In this document: piece by piece, positions 1 to 7,978 of the stretch
How the letters are laid out: the number at the start of each line of letters is the position of its first letter
Position numbering within the stretch: position 1 is the stretch's first letter
Source: Deltaproteobacteria bacterium
GTDB taxonomy: Bacteria; Desulfobacterota; GWC2-55-46; S146-73
Length of the DNA: 25,150 nt
NCBI GenBank assembly: GCA_015492355.1
Contig: WGFF01000222.1
Coordinates: 1-25,150 of the forward strand
Direction: 5' to 3'
Notes under the pieces: model-generated
Seen by the model: only the letters and a program-made list of their open reading frames with translations
The model's database searches: none
What the model was told of the DNA's origin: nothing
Made by a program: the position numbers and the translations under genes

Positions 1-1
1 C

Positions 2-91
2 GATATATGTCGTTCGTGCAACATAGAAAGAGAGATGACCAGGGAGGAGATAATAAGCGTAATCAGGTTTATAAGGACCGTTGCTGATTAG
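2..91 (+). CDS. 3' end of an upstream gene (partial), possibly a c-type cytochrome
   Basis: Frame 2 is open from the window edge to TAG at 89-91 and reads DICRSCNIEREMTREEIISVIRFIRTVAD*. The T-x-EEI-x-x-VI-x-FIR ending resembles the C-terminal helix of class I cytochromes c, but only 29 residues are visible. Confidence 0.4.
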   Translation, partial: DICRSCNIEREMTREEIISVIRFIRTVAD

Positions 92-296
92 GGGAAGTCT
101 GGGTATAGGCTTGTGCTGTAACCTCAAAGCTTCACCCTATGAGAACACGTGATAGGGAAGACCCCTGTTCATGGAGGGTTGTGGTGTAGATCGCTCGGTG
201 TGGTGATATCAAAAAAGCCTTTCCACCCTGGAATGATGAAATAAAAACCAGTGTGAGCGTATCCTATAAGATAAAAACAACTTCGCCGGAGTGAAG

Positions 297-2498
297 ATGA
301 TGGTAGATGACAGAAAAACCCCTTGCCGGTACAGACCTTCAATGTACATTGTGTTGGCCTTCGTACTCCTTGCATGTGCTGTAGCCATTCCATCCACTGC
401 ACATGCCCTTGAGGTGAACGAGTACAGACAGTTCATGGACCTGGATTCGAGGAAGGTTGTCTGGTTTCTTGCCCAGATGCATCTTTTCTTCGGTGCATTC
501 GTGCTGGGTGTGCCCATCTTTGCTGTGATAATAGAGATAGTGGGATGGAAAAGCGGGGATAAAAAGTTCGACCGCCTCGCCTACGAATTTACAAGCCTTC
601 TCAGTGTTGCCTACGCCACTACCGCTGCCTTTGGAGGTCTTCTTGCCTTTGCCCTTTTCACACTCTATCCCACCTTCATGGGCTACATGGCAGGGTTGTT
701 TAAGAACGTGTTTTTCATCTATGCGATTATGTTCTTCGGGGAGACCTTCTGCCTTTACCTCTACTACTATGGATGGGAGTGGCTCAAGGGTGGTGGTACC
801 TTCAACAGGAGGATACAGTGGGTGCTGAAGGGGGCTGGCACAGTGGGGCTTGTCTTTACGGTGCTATTCTTCCTCGGTGGTATAGGACCGGAGATGAGAA
901 CAGATACGAGAGTTTTTATGACGGTCCTGTACTTCCTTCCCATAAGTGCTGGGCTTATACTCATAAAAGACAGGAAGAGTGTCCACATATTTATAGGCAT
1001 ACTCCTCAATGTGTTCGGTACAGCCATAATGCAGTTGGCTAACAGCTGGGCTGGATTCATGATGAGCCCTGCGGGTGTCAACGAAAGGGGCGATATGGTA
1101 GGTACATCCTGGCAGGTGTTCGAGAACATACTTGCCACCCCTATTGCCATACACCGTATGCTCGGCAATCTCGCCTTTGGCGGGTTCGTTGCAGGTGCAT
1201 ACGCAGCTATCAAGTTCATCGGTGCAACCACACCAGAGGAAAAGGCTCACTACGACTGGATGGGATACATAGCAAACTTCGTCGCCATCATAGGGCTCAT
1301 CCCCCTTCCCTTTGCAGGTTACTACCTTGGCAGAGAGGTGTACTCCACGAGCGCTGTCATGGGTAACAACATGATGGGAGGGGATTTCTCATGGACATTT
1401 ATCATACAGGCTATGCTCGTGGGCTCACTCTTTCTTATAAGCAACTACTATCTGTGGTGCGGGATGACAAGGATACCAGGTGCAGAGAGGTATTACGGGT
1501 ATATAAAGTACATCCTTGCAGCCATAGTGATATCCTTTGCCATCTGGCTCACACCACACAACCTCCCCCTCACAGGCAGGGAGGTATCCCAGATGGGAGG
1601 TAGCCAGTACCATCCAACACTAAAGTTCCTCGGGCTCATGCCGGCAAAGAATGCGGTCGTAAACCTCATCATCCTGTCCACGTTCTTCAGTTTTCTTCTC
1701 TACAGGAGGGGAAACAAATCCGAAAGGGTGCCCATAACCCAGCAGGGGAGTCTTCCCAGGATAGTCATTTCCATTGCCGGGCTTGTTGCAGTAGGTATAG
1801 TCGGGCAGTATGCCATATATCTTCTCGGTCTCGATCCCAAGGTGCTCGACCTCCCTGTGGATCGTGCCCATTACTTCAGGACAGTGGGCTACCTTCTCCT
1901 TGCAGAGTGTGTCATGGCAGTGATTGCGGTGGGGCTAACACTCAGGGACAGGGGCATACTTGCCCAAGCCCTATACCTCGGATTTACCGCATTCAGCGTG
2001 GTTGTATTTCTCGGTGTCTATGGATTTGTGGTGATGGAGAAGGCATCACCATTTCTCAGGAATATAGCCGTAAGCCAGTTCCTTCAGCTCATAAGCTGTA
2101 TAGTCCTTGTGACGACGATAGATATATTTCTTTTCAGGGGTGCCAGGGAGATAGGCTCCCTTAGGTGGGGAAGGATGACCGTACGAAGCCAGTACGCACT
2201 CTTACTCCTTACCATCGTCATAACAATGAACATGGGGCTTATGGGATTCATAAGATCAGGGCTCAGGAGCGACTGGCATATATTCGGCATCATGCGGGAT
2301 ACATCCATGTGGTCGTACACACCGAGCAACTACACCATGACGCAGATGGTGAGCCTCTGTGTGCTTCTCTTCCTCACAGGTGTTGCATTCATGTTCTGGC
2401 TCAGCGGTATATTCTCGCATAAAAAGGAGAAGGAAAAAGAGATGGAGAAGGCTGAATACATGGAAGAACTATACCTGAAGGAGAGGGAAAGGACATGA
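297..2498 (+). CDS. Cytochrome bd-like terminal oxidase subunit I (CydA homolog of the Nitrospira/Nitrospina type)
   Basis: Very hydrophobic ~733 aa protein with CydA-like segments: MHLFFGAFVLGVP (His19 equivalent, codon 480-482), FFGETF (Glu107 equivalent), ANSWAGFMMSPAG, IHRMLG (His186 equivalent, 1152-1154) and C-terminal LRSDWHIFGIMRDT (aligns with GRQPWxVxGxxxT). No QPxKLAAxE Q-loop motif. GGAG at 288-291 favours ATG 297 (ORF track starts at GTG 291). Confidence 0.85.
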   Translation: MMVDDRKTPCRYRPSMYIVLAFVLLACAVAIPSTAHALEVNEYRQFMDLDSRKVVWFLAQMHLFFGAFVLGVPIFAVIIEIVGWKSGDKKFDRLAYEFTSLLSVAYATTAAFGGLLAFALFTLYPTFMGYMAGLFKNVFFIYAIMFFGETFCLYLYYYGWEWLKGGGTFNRRIQWVLKGAGTVGLVFTVLFFLGGIGPEMRTDTRVFMTVLYFLPISAGLILIKDRKSVHIFIGILLNVFGTAIMQLANSWAGFMMSPAGVNERGDMVGTSWQVFENILATPIAIHRMLGNLAFGGFVAGAYAAIKFIGATTPEEKAHYDWMGYIANFVAIIGLIPLPFAGYYLGREVYSTSAVMGNNMMGGDFSWTFIIQAMLVGSLFLISNYYLWCGMTRIPGAERYYGYIKYILAAIVISFAIWLTPHNLPLTGREVSQMGGSQYHPTLKFLGLMPAKNAVVNLIILSTFFSFLLYRRGNKSERVPITQQGSLPRIVISIAGLVAVGIVGQYAIYLLGLDPKVLDLPVDRAHYFRTVGYLLLAECVMAVIAVGLTLRDRGILAQALYLGFTAFSVVVFLGVYGFVVMEKASPFLRNIAVSQFLQLISCIVLVTTIDIFLFRGAREIGSLRWGRMTVRSQYALLLLTIVITMNMGLMGFIRSGLRSDWHIFGIMRDTSMWSYTPSNYTMTQMVSLCVLLFLTGVAFMFWLSGIFSHKKEKEKEMEKAEYMEELYLKERERT

Positions 2499-3502
2499 CA
2501 GAGGTTGTCGGAAAGGTTTTTGTCTTTCTCCTTGTTGTTCTTGTAACATTCCTGTGGGTTGGACATGCCATAACCAGGCTCACAGGTGGTGAGAAGAAGG
2601 CTACAGGTAGTGTGGAGATAAGTCCAGAGGGTGGAGAGGCTATATTCTGGGGAAAGGGGAGGTGTTTTACCTGTCACAGTCTTGGTGAGAGGGGCAGTGC
2701 TGTTAGGTGTCCAAACCTCGGTGTATGGGGGGAGAAGTTCCCCTTACCCATAGGACTCAGGGCAGTGGAGCGGGCAAAGGAAAGGAGCGAGGAGACAGGT
2801 ATGGAGTATACAGCAACAGACTATCTCGTAGAATCCCTTGCCAATCCGAGTGCCTATATTGTGGAGGGTTACAAGGATGAGATGGCTGTTGTGTACGCAC
2901 CACCCATATCCCTTACCCTGGATGAGATAAAGGCTGTTGTGTCCTATCTTCAGAGTCAGGGTGGGGATGTGGATATAGAGGCACTGAACAACCCCACCGA
3001 GGTCTCCAAAAAGTTCTATGACAGGATAAAGGCAGCTTCTGCAGCAGGTGGAGGAGACCCCGGCAACGGAGAGATGGTGTTCTTTGAGAGTGCTGGATGT
3101 AACGAGTGTCATGCAATAAGAGGTGAGGGTGGAAGGATAGGTCCAGACCTGAGCGCCATCGCAAAGAAAGGGATAAAGTACATCTCAGAGTCCATACTCC
3201 AGCCTGCCGCATCCTTTACACCAGGGTATGAGACCTACACGGTCATTAAGAAGGACGGCAAGGAGATGTACGATGAGGAGGGAAGGAAGGTCTCGGGTGT
3301 AAAGGTAAAGGAGACAGATGAGTACGTGGAGATAGCACTCGATCCAGAGTCCATAGTAAGGATACAGAAGAGCGAGATAAAGGAACTCGTAATAGATAAG
3401 AACAAGAGCATAATGCCAGAAGAGCTCATAGAGGCACTTACTGTAAAGGAGTACCAGGACCTTCTTGCCTTCTTGCTCCTTCAGAAAGGTGAGAAGGACT
3501 GA
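2495..3502 (+). CDS. Membrane-anchored diheme cytochrome c
   Basis: N-terminal TM helix; CFTCH and CNECH motifs. The second domain (GPDLS...SILQP...GYE...SIMPE) resembles the heme-binding domain associated with membrane-bound dehydrogenases. ATGA overlap with the cydA-like stop codon. Confidence 0.9.
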   Translation: MTEVVGKVFVFLLVVLVTFLWVGHAITRLTGGEKKATGSVEISPEGGEAIFWGKGRCFTCHSLGERGSAVRCPNLGVWGEKFPLPIGLRAVERAKERSEETGMEYTATDYLVESLANPSAYIVEGYKDEMAVVYAPPISLTLDEIKAVVSYLQSQGGDVDIEALNNPTEVSKKFYDRIKAASAAGGGDPGNGEMVFFESAGCNECHAIRGEGGRIGPDLSAIAKKGIKYISESILQPAASFTPGYETYTVIKKDGKEMYDEEGRKVSGVKVKETDEYVEIALDPESIVRIQKSEIKELVIDKNKSIMPEELIEALTVKEYQDLLAFLLLQKGEKD

Positions 3503-3727
3503 TGCCCCAGCCTCAAAGACCGTGTGGTTTCACATCCTGAGGGGATCCCATCCCTTAAACACAAAAGACTTTTAAGGTGTGGACTAAGGGATGGACCTTG
3601 AGGATATAATCGGGAGCCTCTTAAAAGGGTTGACCTGGGCTCACCACTTGAGGGTTCAAAGGGGTGTGGCTTATCGGGGTTTCATCCATCCTGTCTTTCA
3701 TCCTCGGACAGGATGGGTGAGTAAGTA

Positions 3728-4735
3728 ATGGATAAAACACCACAGGAGGTAGAGGTGGGTAGATTCAGGATAGGATTTTTTTGGACCTCTCTTGTATCCT
3801 TCATCATCATCTATGGGCTCATAAAGTGGTCGATACCGTTCATATCAAGGAAGATAACAGGGATGCCCTTTCCACTGCCTGTGCCAGGTACATTGATGTT
3901 CATGTACATGGTACTGGCTGTGGTTGCCATGTTTCTCTACATCACCTTTTCTGAGGATGGGCTTGAGGATTTTCTCTATCCTGTAAGGAGGTTCCTTAAG
4001 GGCGAGTACGGTACTGTTCCGAGGGGTGTTGTGCTTGCTATAGTTCCCCTTGTTGTGGGATGGCAGATATACGATATAAGTATACCCAAGATAAGCGCCC
4101 CTGTCTCTTTGAGGATTCAGCACCCATCGAGTAACTTCCCCAAGAAGATGGAGGCACTTAAAAACCCGGTAGAGAACCCAACGGATGAGGAGATAGAGGA
4201 GTTCATAGAGCAGGCAAAAAGTGGCGAGGTGGGGTTCATCCCCCAGGTCATGGCTGATATAGAGAGGTGGAGGGAGGAGAACCCTGATGTACATATACTC
4301 TCCTTCATTCCCACAGAACCTGTAAAGAGGTTTCTGGAAGAACTTAGAACAGGCAGGGTGGACAGGGAGACCGCAAGGTCTGCCCTCAGGGAGAAGAATC
4401 TCTTTGAGGGCAGAGCCCTCTATGCCATGAACTGTAGACCCTGTCATGGTGACAGTGTGGGTGGGGATGGACCGATGGCAGACGGATTCAAACTCAGACC
4501 GATAAACTTCACTGATAACGGCACCATCGAGACCATAGTGGAGGGTTATACCTTCTGGAGGGTATCCAATGGGGGACCTGGTCTACCCATTGAGGCGACC
4601 CCATGGGATTCAGCCATGCCCATGTGGAGGCTCAATCTCACAGAGGAGGAGATGTGGAAGATAATCATGGCTGAGTACGACCTTGCGCAGAAGACCCCCA
4701 GGATACCTGAAAAACACGAGGCAGAAAAAGAATAA
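3728..4735 (+). CDS. Membrane-bound monoheme cytochrome c
   Basis: About three N-terminal hydrophobic helices, one CRPCH motif, and a distal SAMPMW segment supplying a likely Met axial ligand. Confidence 0.88.
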   Translation: MDKTPQEVEVGRFRIGFFWTSLVSFIIIYGLIKWSIPFISRKITGMPFPLPVPGTLMFMYMVLAVVAMFLYITFSEDGLEDFLYPVRRFLKGEYGTVPRGVVLAIVPLVVGWQIYDISIPKISAPVSLRIQHPSSNFPKKMEALKNPVENPTDEEIEEFIEQAKSGEVGFIPQVMADIERWREENPDVHILSFIPTEPVKRFLEELRTGRVDRETARSALREKNLFEGRALYAMNCRPCHGDSVGGDGPMADGFKLRPINFTDNGTIETIVEGYTFWRVSNGGPGLPIEATPWDSAMPMWRLNLTEEEMWKIIMAEYDLAQKTPRIPEKHEAEKE

Positions 4736-4757
4736 AGGACGAGGTGGATTCTGGAGT

Positions 4758-6383
4758 ATGAGGTATACGTCTACAACCACAAGGACGGTCATAACGGTAC
4801 TTTTCCTGTGCACTGTGGCGTACAACACATGGGCTGGTGACAAGCCTACAAAACCAAGGCCACCTGTAACAGAGGAGGCTATTGAGAAAGGGAGGGTGAT
4901 ATACTTCAAGAGGTGTAGTTTCTGTCACGGGCTCCTCGGTGACGGTAATGGTCCTGCTGCGGATTTTATGGACCCCAGGCCAAGGGATTTTACACTCGGT
5001 ATATTCAAGTTTCGCACCACCCAGAGCGGTGAGTTGCCAACGGATGAGGACCTTTTCAGGACCATAAGCAGGGGACTGCCTGGAACACCCATGCAGGGAT
5101 TCGACAACGAACTTATAAAGAACGGTCTCACAGAGGAAGAGAGGTGGCAGGTTATATACTATATCAAGACCCTTGCCCCGGAATTTTCCAATCCTGAATT
5201 CGACCCATCTGACAAGGTCGTGAGTCTGCCAGCTACAAGACCACCCTACAACGAGGAGACGATTGCCAAGGGTAGAGAGGTATTCAAGAAGGCAAAGTGC
5301 TGGGAGTGTCATGGTGAACTCGGAAGAGGGGATGGGCAGAAGGCATTCGACAGAACGGATGACTGGGGTTTCCCCATACGTATAAGGAACCTCACCCATT
5401 CATGGAAGATAAAGGGTGGAACAGATGTGGAGGACATATACATGCGTTTTTCCACAGGGATAAACGGCACCCCCATGCCATCCTTTGTGGATTCCCTTAC
5501 AGAAGAGGAGAGATGGTACCTCGCCAATTTCATAAAATCCCTTCAACATAGACCAACAGAACACACCGTCCTGAAGGTGAAATTCATCGAGGGGGAGATA
5601 CCCCTCGATCCAGAGAGCCCTGAATGGCAGGAGGCAGAACCAATGGATGTCCGTATGGCAGGACAGGTGATATTTGCGCCAAGGTGGCAGAATCCAAGTA
5701 TAGAACTCGTAACACTCAGGGCACTCTATAACGAAAAGGAGATAGGCTTCCTTGTGGAATGGGACGACCCGTTCAAGGACGTGGTACACATAGAGGACAG
5801 GGAGTTCGATGCCAGGGAGATAAGCAGAGTCGGTGCGTACAACTCCTATGTCAACCCCTTTGAGATGGTACCACGGGAGCTTGAGACCTTCAGGGACTCT
5901 GTTGCACTCCAGTTCCCTGTAAAGATACCAGAGGGCACAAAGAAGCCACACTTTTTGAGGGGAGACCCGAGTAATCCCGTAAATCTCTGGATATGGAAGT
6001 CCGACCTCCACAACCAGGGGAAGCCCGCTGTAGAGGAGGTGAATGCCAGGGGACCACAGCAACCTCTCAAGGTGCAGGACCCAGATAGCCAGCAGGTACA
6101 GTCAAAGGCTATCTGGAAGAAGGGACGGTGGAGTGTGGTAATGAAGAGACCCCTTATAACAGAGGACAGAAAGGATATACAGTTTGTGAGTGGAAGGTTC
6201 ATACCGATAGCTGTAAATGCGTGGGATGGGTCCAACGGTGAACACGATCTTATAATGAGCCTTTCATCATGGCACTATGTGTTCCTGGAGTCTGCCACAC
6301 CTGTTAAGGTGTATGTCTATGCCCTTCTGGGCGTGATACTGACCGGGCTCGGTGAGTTCTGGCTTGTAAGGAGGTATAGATAG
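4758..6383 (+). CDS. Diheme cytochrome c fused to an ethylbenzene-dehydrogenase-gamma/NxrC-type heme-b domain, C-terminal TM anchor
   Basis: Signal-peptide-like N-terminus; CSFCH and CWECH each followed by GT(P)M(P/Q); C-terminal domain with LYNEKEIGFLVEWDD, FRDSVALQFP, WIWKSD and NAWDGSNGE typical of EB_dh domains; terminal TM helix. GAGGTGG at 4741-4747 favours ATG 4758 over the track start 4683. Confidence 0.85.
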   Translation: MRYTSTTTRTVITVLFLCTVAYNTWAGDKPTKPRPPVTEEAIEKGRVIYFKRCSFCHGLLGDGNGPAADFMDPRPRDFTLGIFKFRTTQSGELPTDEDLFRTISRGLPGTPMQGFDNELIKNGLTEEERWQVIYYIKTLAPEFSNPEFDPSDKVVSLPATRPPYNEETIAKGREVFKKAKCWECHGELGRGDGQKAFDRTDDWGFPIRIRNLTHSWKIKGGTDVEDIYMRFSTGINGTPMPSFVDSLTEEERWYLANFIKSLQHRPTEHTVLKVKFIEGEIPLDPESPEWQEAEPMDVRMAGQVIFAPRWQNPSIELVTLRALYNEKEIGFLVEWDDPFKDVVHIEDREFDAREISRVGAYNSYVNPFEMVPRELETFRDSVALQFPVKIPEGTKKPHFLRGDPSNPVNLWIWKSDLHNQGKPAVEEVNARGPQQPLKVQDPDSQQVQSKAIWKKGRWSVVMKRPLITEDRKDIQFVSGRFIPIAVNAWDGSNGEHDLIMSLSSWHYVFLESATPVKVYVYALLGVILTGLGEFWLVRRYR

Positions 6384-6485
6384 AGGAGATTGAGCCTGCC
6401 CCTTTAGAAAGGGTACTACCCTGAATACCTGCATAAGACCCCATCAGGGTCTCTTGAGAACTGGAGGTTATGGAGGAGGCAATAG

Positions 6486-7691
6486 ATGTACAAGAGGATA
6501 CTCGTTTGTTTGGACAATTCCAGATATTCCCGTTATGGAATGGATATAGCCATAAGGCTCGGTAGTTTTTTTAATGCGGAGGTGACCGGTCTGCACGTAT
6601 ATGCAGCACGACTGCATGAGTCGAGATTCATGGACCTTGAGACAGGTCTTCCAGAACGTTATCGATCAGAGGCTATTCTGAAAAGACAGCGTGACATACA
6701 CATGGACCTCATAGAAAAGGGACTGGGTCTCATATCGTGTTCCTACCTCGATGGGTTTAGAGTTATGGCTGAGAAAGAGGGTGTGGTCTGCAGGTGCAGG
6801 AGCAGGGAGGGGAGAAACTATGTGGAGATTATAAGGGAGATTGAGGAAGGTGATTATGACCTACTGGTTATGGGTGGGATGGGCCTTGGAGAGGTTGAGT
6901 ACAGCATTATCGGTGGTGTATGCGAACGTGTGGTAAGGCAGGTAAGAAAGGATGTACTCATTGTAAAGGAAGGCTTTACAGGTGGGAGGATAATGGTGGG
7001 AATAGATGGGAGTAGATACTCATACGGTGCCCTTATGTGTGCCATCGGGCTTAAGAAGGTATCTGGATGTGATGTTGAGGCTATAAGTGTGTACGATCCC
7101 TATTTCCATAAGATCGCATTCAGGAATATAGCAGAGGTATTGACAGACGATGCATCATCTGTATTCAGGTTCAAGGAACAGGAACAACTCCATGATGAGG
7201 TTATAGACAGAGGGCTTGCAAGCCTGTATCAGTCCTATCTCGATATAGCCCATAGTATCGCAGAAAGGCAAGGCGTGGAGATCAAAACGACCCTATTGGC
7301 TGGGAAGGCATTCAATGAAATGCTCAAGGCCGCCCAGAATACCTCCACTCCCTTCATCATAACTGTAGGGCGTTTTGGTCTCCACAAAACACCACTCTCA
7401 TCCATAGGCAATACAAGTGAAAATATCCTGAGGATGGCAACCACAAACGTCCTCATAACTAATCGTGAGTTCAACGAGGTGGTGGATAAAACAGATATGG
7501 CATTCGAGGATATGGAGTGGAGCGAAGGTGCTGTAAAACGGATAGAAAGGGTGCCTGATTTTGTAAGAGCCATGGTCAGAAAAACCATCATGGAGCTCGC
7601 CATGGAAAAGGGATGTAGAGAGATAACAGAGGATCTGGTGGATGAAGCCAGAAGGTATTTTACAAAACACAGGACGGTGAACAACAGATGA
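6486..7691 (+). CDS. Tandem universal stress protein (two USP domains) with C-terminal PCP_red-like helical domain
   Basis: YKRILVCLDNS...DLLVMGGMG...GGVCERVVR and IMVGIDGS...TVGRFG...GNTSENILR are two USP repeats. The tail MEWSEGAVKRIERVPDFVRAMVRKTIMELAMEKGCREITEDLVDEAR matches the BchB C-terminal (PCP_red) pattern. Confidence 0.88.
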   Translation: MYKRILVCLDNSRYSRYGMDIAIRLGSFFNAEVTGLHVYAARLHESRFMDLETGLPERYRSEAILKRQRDIHMDLIEKGLGLISCSYLDGFRVMAEKEGVVCRCRSREGRNYVEIIREIEEGDYDLLVMGGMGLGEVEYSIIGGVCERVVRQVRKDVLIVKEGFTGGRIMVGIDGSRYSYGALMCAIGLKKVSGCDVEAISVYDPYFHKIAFRNIAEVLTDDASSVFRFKEQEQLHDEVIDRGLASLYQSYLDIAHSIAERQGVEIKTTLLAGKAFNEMLKAAQNTSTPFIITVGRFGLHKTPLSSIGNTSENILRMATTNVLITNREFNEVVDKTDMAFEDMEWSEGAVKRIERVPDFVRAMVRKTIMELAMEKGCREITEDLVDEARRYFTKHRTVNNR

Positions 7692-7978
7692 AGTATTTTA
7701 GGATACTACTTGAATGTGGTCATGTTGGTGCGGGTAATCGTTATGATGTGGTCAGGTATTTTGCAGCAAAAGACCTGATAACCATAATCGACAGACTCAA
7801 GAGCCTACCGAGACTCAAAAACAGGGAGAGGTTTACATCTATAAAATCCATAGAGGTTATAGACAGAAAGACCTTCATGAATGGTAAGAGCATGGAGAGG
7901 CAGGACCCCTATTTGAGGAGCAGAAAGAAGATACTGAAGAGGCTTATAAAAGATACTGATGCTCATAGATGTAACTAA
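7688..7978 (+). CDS. Small basic hypothetical protein with CGHVGAGN motif (paralog of 15711-15989)
   Basis: ATGA overlap with the upstream stop. Shares FxxxLECGHVGAGN and downstream residues with the ORF at 15711, with synonymous codon differences, which indicates real coding. Confidence 0.75.
   Translation: MKYFRILLECGHVGAGNRYDVVRYFAAKDLITIIDRLKSLPRLKNRERFTSIKSIEVIDRKTFMNGKSMERQDPYLRSRKKILKRLIKDTDAHRCN

Noticed and set aside
92-290. Riboswitch upstream of the oxidase gene
   Set aside because: Only short stems (for example ccctat/ataggg) are visible, with no conserved core of a known class that I can recognise.
297-2498. Canonical cydAB quinol oxidase
   Set aside because: No cydB in the window, no Q-loop motif, and the protein is much longer than typical CydA, so the gene symbol was withheld.
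4758-6383. Evidence that the organism oxidises nitrite or respires nitrate
   Set aside because: Only a gamma-subunit-like domain is present; no molybdopterin catalytic or Fe-S beta subunit gene is in the window.
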